Shown here piece after piece: positions 59,041 to 64,000 of a stretch of DNA of 64,000 nt. The DNA comes from Mobula hypostoma. Lineage: Eukaryota. Position 1 is the first letter of the stretch. Each line of letters begins with the position of its first letter. Made by a program: the position numbers and the translations under genes. Below the pieces are notes generated by a model that was not told the origin of the DNA, ran no database searches, and saw nothing but the letters and a program-made list of their open reading frames with translations. The stretch lies in contig NC_086097.1 in the NCBI RefSeq assembly GCF_963921235.1, positions 3,410,001 through 3,474,000 on the forward strand, written 5' to 3'.

Positions 59041-60560
59041 GGCAATTTTAGTTTATCTGCACTACATCCCTGCCTGATCCCAGCTATGATAAGCTTGAAG
59101 AATGAAAATAAACTTCTACAAAACGGTAGAGTAGTTATACTAATCCTCAAGAAGAGCTGGCAGCAGGAGTCTTTTATACTGCATGTACCTCCTTCACCAG
59201 ATGTTTCCCTTCAAAGAGTGGCAGATAAAATGTCTTTCATTATTGGGCACACTGTGTATGACCTTGTTTTATCAGTTTTATTTCAATTAAAACCAGGCTG
59301 TGCTATTGGAAATACAAGTGAGATTTGATTTGATGGAGCTCAGTCCTTTTGGTTGTCCATCACATCCAACAATGACAGGAGACCTGTGTGAGAGAGATTT
59401 TAAAGTGGAACTCTCTCAACCTTGGAAGTCCAGATCCAGGGGTACGAGTAATCGTCACAGACTGGGGTCTTCCTTGATTGCAGTGGATGACCATGATTAC
59501 TTCAGTAGCTCTCAACTCTCCACAGAGCTTTGCAGAGCCGCCTTCCCGGCCATTGGATCTCATTGTAGATCTCATCCACCCCTTCTGCCAGAGTTGACTT
59601 CACGTGCTAGGCCAGGCATGAACCTACCTCACCAGGGTATGAGCTCTGCCACTTTCGCCCACCAGGTTTGGCTCACCTGTCAGTGCACTGTATCAGAGTC
59701 TGACCGCTACTACTTGGAGCCACAGGTGAGCACTGAGTATCTGGTGGGGACCAAAAACCAGTGAACTCCACCAGAATGGACACGACAAGTCCCTTTACCA
59801 GAGCTGTTACCTCATACACCCCAGCAGGAACTGAAATCCTAAGTACACAGCAGGAGCCACAGGTGAGAGATGAGTGACTGGTGGGGACCAGAAGTTTAGG
59901 ATCTTCAGACTGAAGAACAAGACTAGAAGGAAATGTTTGGACCATGAATGATCACATCTGGCATGGTAATCATTCAAGTTCTGATAAACGTCAGAATCCT
60001 GTGGTGCTGCTCAGTGGCAAAGGAAAGGGTGGTTTCACGACTGCTGGTTTAGGTTCATCTCAAGCTGCAGTAATATTCAATGTCTGGCTGATTGCTGTGA
60101 CATTTCTCTGTCTCCTGTTAGTGAGAGAGAGAGCCTGTGGTATGACGAACTGCTGGGTAAACAATAGTTATTGTTGACTGCAGATCATGGTCTCTCCTCC
60201 GGTGCTTTGCTATTGCCTGGTGGGTGGTGGACGCTGATGCTTTGCTGAAATGAGTTGAGAGGGAGGGGGAGGTTGTGTAGATGCCGGCTGCTGCTTGCAC
60301 GGTAGGGGTGAGAGGAGTTCTAACATTATTCTGTCACTCATTCTTTTGTGATTCATCCGTTTTTTGTGGACATCTGCAAAGTCTGGGTATTTCCGGTTGA
60401 ATACTGTATACATTGTCTGATAATAAAAGGAACCGTTGAATCCATTAAAATCATCTAAGCACCGAGCCAGATTAAAAAGGTTATGGCGTGGAGGCTGAGG
60501 GCAAAGGAAAAAGGACAAAGGGCAAAGGACAAACCAGTTTTCAGCTGATGAGGTTTTCCT

Positions 60561-60720
60561 CACCTCAGCACTGAACTGACTCTGTGCCTGTGGCCTGCAG
60601 CCATCGGGCTCCTGGGGCCAGCTTCACTCCCCTCAGCACTAAACTGACTCCGTGGCTGTGGCCTGCAGCCATTGGGGTCCTGGACCACCTGCAGTACTGA
60701 ACTGATTCTGTGGCTGTGAG
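60561..60720. repeat. ~60-70 bp imperfect tandem repeat, 2.5 copies
   Basis: cagcactgaactgactctgtg(c/g)ctgtg recurs at ~60566, ~60634 and ~60692. Confidence 0.7.
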
Positions 60721-60904
60721 GCACCCTTCAAGGTCTCTCCAGTGCCTGCTATTTGTTTACCTGTTTATTGTTTGCACGATTTCTTCTTCTTTCACAGTTG
60801 GGTGTTTGATGGTTTTTATTGTTTTTCCGGGACTCTATTGTGTTTCTTTGTTTAGTGGATGCCTGCAAGAAGACAACTCTCAAGGTCATACATGGTAAAT
60901 GGTA

Positions 60905-61165
60905 TGATGCTAGAAAGGTTGCAAACACTGTAGAATTTTCTCTATTTCTGCATAAATATGACCTAAAATGTGATCAGATCTTCATGCAAGTCATAAAACT
61001 AGATAAAGAAAACTCAATTTAATAAATAGCACCAGAAAAATTATACTTGTTCATTTATTTTCCGAGAAAAATAATTTAATATTAAATTATTCTGTTGGAA
61101 AAGGTATGTGAACCTCTGGGGTAATGCCTTCAACAAATGTTATTTGGAGTCAAGAGTTCCATTCG
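60905..61165 (+). mobile_element. Tc1-like terminal fragment
   Basis: tgctagaaaggttgcaaacac... with a second gaaaaggtatgtgaacc motif, resembling IR/DR-type Tc1 termini. Confidence 0.5.
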
Positions 61166-61169
61166 TAAG

Positions 61170-63648
61170 ACTAAGACCACAAAACACAGGAGAAGAATGA
61201 GGCCATACGGCCCATCAAGTCTGCTCCACATTCAGTCATGACTGATCCTTTTCAACCGCCCTTCAGCCCCACTCTCCGGCCCTCTCCCGTAACCTTTGAT
61301 GCCATGTCCAATCAAGATCCTGTCATGCTCTGCCTTAAATACACCCAACAACCTGGCCTCCACAGCTGCATGTGGGAACAAATTCCACAAATTCATCACC
61401 CTCTGGCTAAAGAAATTTCTCCACATCTCTGTTTTAAATGGACACACCTCTATCATGAGGTTGTGCTTTCTTCTATACACCACCACCATGGGAAACACCT
61501 TTTCCACATCTACTAGTTCTAGGCCCTTCAAGATTTGAAAGGTTTCAATGAGATCGCCCCTCCTTCTAAATTCCAGCGAATACAGACCCAGAGCCATCAA
61601 ATGTTTCTCATTTAATAACCCTTTCATTTCCAGAATCATCCTTGTGAAACTCCTCTGAACCCTCACCAGTGCCAGCACATCTTTTCTGAGATGAGGAGCC
61701 CAAAACTGTTCACAATACTCAAGGTGAGGCCTCACCAGTGCCTTATAAAGCCTCAGCATCACAACACTGCTCTTGTATTCTAGACCTCTTGAAATGAATG
61801 CTAACATTCCATTTGCCTTCCTCACCACCAACTCTACCTGCAAGTTAACCTATAGGGTGTTCTGCACAGGAACTCTCAAGTCTCTTTGTATCTCAGATTT
61901 AGAAAACAGTCTGCACATTTATTTCTATGACTTAAATGCATGACCATATATTTTCTAATATTGTATTTCACTTGTCACATTCTTGCCCATTCTCCTAATC
62001 TTCCTAAGCCCTTCTGTATTCTCTCTACTTCCCAAACACCTGCCCCTCCACCAGTATTTGTATCATCTGCAAACTTGGCAACAAAGCCATCTATTTCATC
62101 ATCTAAATCATTTACATACAGCATAAAAAGAAGCGGCCCCAAAACCAACCCCTGTGGATCATCACTAGTCACTGGCAGCCAACCAGAAAAGGATCATTTT
62201 ATTCCCACTCACTGCCTCCTACCAATCAGCCAATCCTCTAATCATGGCAGTAACTTTCCTATAATACCATGGGCGTATAACTTGGTAAGCAGCCTCATGT
62301 GTGGCACCTTGCAAAGGCTGTCTGAAAGTCCAAATATACAACATACACTGCATCCCCTTTATTTATCCTACTTGCAATCTCCTGTGTACATACATCTACT
62401 GATGCCTCTGGAAACATCTTTAGTGACGTTCCTGGAATCAGTGGGTGTTTCGGGTCTTTCAACATCATACAACCTCCTCCAGGTGACCCAGCCGGGGCTG
62501 ATCAGACCCCAGTTTGTGTCCAGATGGCTAGCTACTTATGACTCCATGGCTCCCCTCTTTTGAGCCACAGCCATCTTGAGGCCCTCTCTGCCGTTTCGGT
62601 GGTACTGCGGATGGCTCTCCTCTTCCTCTCTCCCTCGATGCCCAAATTGCTGAAGGCTCTAACTAAGGAACGGACGCAAATCCCCTACAACCACCCTCCA
62701 CTGGGAGACACCTCGCTCTCCATTCAGCCTGCTGACAGCAGCTGACCAGTCCTGCTTGCAGCTTCTTATCAACCCCTCCCTTCGCCATTGCCTCCAGAAT
62801 TTGGTTAACATCTTCATCAAACTGCTTCCACAGTGAAGTCATGATAGCTGCAGGCCATTTGATCCGCCTCCTGTTAGACTTCATGTTAGAGGGATTAGTT
62901 TGCAACACTTGGAGGTTCCGGGCACTATGGGGTGACTCTGGGCCTGGCCCCTCCTTCGTCTCACCAGGTTGAATACCTGCGCGTTGTGCTGCTCCTGCTC
63001 CCGCCAAACACTTCATCCTTGCCTGGTGGATCTTCAAGCCGCGATCGTTCTTGCAGATTTTGCCACATGCACACTGCTTCCTCATCATCGTTTGTTCACT
63101 GCCTGGGTCTGATGCCATTATGTCTGTCCGACTGGGGTGCTCTCGGGCACCCCTGGGGGTATCTTTCCCTTAGATTCATCGTAGCTTTTGTGGGGGTCCT
63201 CCTCTCAGAGGACACAGACTGGGTTGCCAGCCCGTTCTGCCCCGGTTGCCGTCTCTCCGGGCTGTCACTGACTCTCCAGTCGTCACCACTCTTTTCACGG
63301 TTGTCACCCAGTCTTTCCTGGTTGTCACTGATGAACTCAGGGTGTAAGCCTCAAAGAATTCCAACAGATTAGTCAGGCAAGATTTTCCTATCTATTCCTG
63401 TGTCACCAAGTACTCCATCACCTCATCCTTAACATTTGACTCCAACATCTTCCCATCCACTGAGGTCAGGCTAACTGGTCTATAATTTCCTTCCTGCTGC
63501 CTTCCTCCTTTCTTAGAGTGGAGTAACATTTACGATTTTCCATGCCAGAGTCCAATGATTCTTGCAAGATCATTATTAATGCCTCCACAATCTCTACTGC
63601 TACCTCTTTCAGAACCCTCGAGTGAAGTTCATTGGTCTGGGTGACTTG
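61170..63648 (-). mobile_element. Decayed CR1 (same subfamily as 11551-13322) split by the HERO-like insert
   Basis: ORFs 61232-61843 and 61975-62172. cttgcaatctcc|tcaaagaattcc rejoins across 62384-63348. Confidence 0.88.
62384..63348 (-). mobile_element. Internally deleted HERO-like (R2 group, restriction-like endonuclease) non-LTR element
   Basis: N-terminal zinc finger CACGKICKNDRGLKIHQARMKC and RIKWP..W..FDED are fused directly to C-terminal WRARCLPVEGGCRGF...AERASRWLWLKR. There is no RT. Flanked by cct/cct. Confidence 0.78.
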
Positions 63649-64000
63649 GAAACATAGAAAACCTACAGCACAACACAGGCCCTTTGGCCCACAGAGCTGT
63701 GCCAAACATCTCCTTACCTTAGAAATTACCAAGGGTTACCCCATAGCCTTTTGTTTTTCTTAGCTCCATGTACCTGTCCAGGAGTCTCTTAAAAAACCTT
63801 ATCATATCCGCCTCCACCACCACCGCCACCGCCGGCAGCACATTCCACGCACTCACCACTCTCTGCGTAAAAACTTACCCCGACATCTCCTCTGTACCTA
63901 CTTCCAAGTACCTTAAAAATGTCCCCTCTCGTGTTAACCATTTCAGCCCTGGGAAAAAGCCTCTGACTATCCACACGATCAATGCCTCTCATCAGCTTAT
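63649..64000 (-). mobile_element. CR1 3' end running off the window
   Basis: MRGIDRVDSQRLFP motif and a reversed gaaacatagaaa tail. Confidence 0.88.

Noticed and set aside
59300..59945. ORFs of 154 aa and 90 aa
   Set aside because: No recognisable domain or splice pattern. The region is probably an unclassified repeat.
62410..62480. Hammerhead-like words (tgatg...gaaa) in the HERO-like 3' UTR
   Set aside because: No CUGANGA box and no compatible stems or cleavage triplet.
60181..64000. Search for the PRIMA1 proline-rich (PRAD) exon in G-rich or C-rich patches (60215-60280, 63808-63835)
   Set aside because: No CQCRPPPP-like frame with splice sites exists on the minus strand, and these patches belong to repeats. 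The exon is presumably beyond the window.

Overview
Vertebrate genomic DNA, almost certainly from a cartilaginous fish (probably a ray, inferred from the repeat complement and protein divergence). The only host gene I can support is PRIMA1 (proline-rich membrane anchor of acetylcholinesterase) on the minus strand. It contributes a 130-bp transmembrane exon (38224-38353) and the last coding exon (2554-2653), separated by a ~35.6 kb intron; the upstream proline-rich exon is not in the window. The rest is intronic and packed with transposons. These include many CR1 LINEs (one with an uninterrupted EN+RT ORF2), Rex1/Babar LINEs, Penelope-like elements (PLEs) carrying hammerhead ribozyme motifs, a decayed GalEa-type Copia with both LTRs and a nested solo LTR, and a decayed Gypsy. 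There is also an internally deleted HERO-like element, V-SINEs, hAT/Tc1 derivatives and a 20-bp minisatellite inside an older decamer-based satellite. No wholly new system is demonstrable from sequence alone. The best leads are the fold-back PLE elements with hammerhead cores (one intact on the PRIMA1 pre-mRNA strand), the Copia nest, a 31-bp duplication of the PRIMA1 stop-codon region and the satellite architecture. Repeat boundaries are approximate unless TSDs or termini are quoted, and family names are recalled from motifs, not from database searches.
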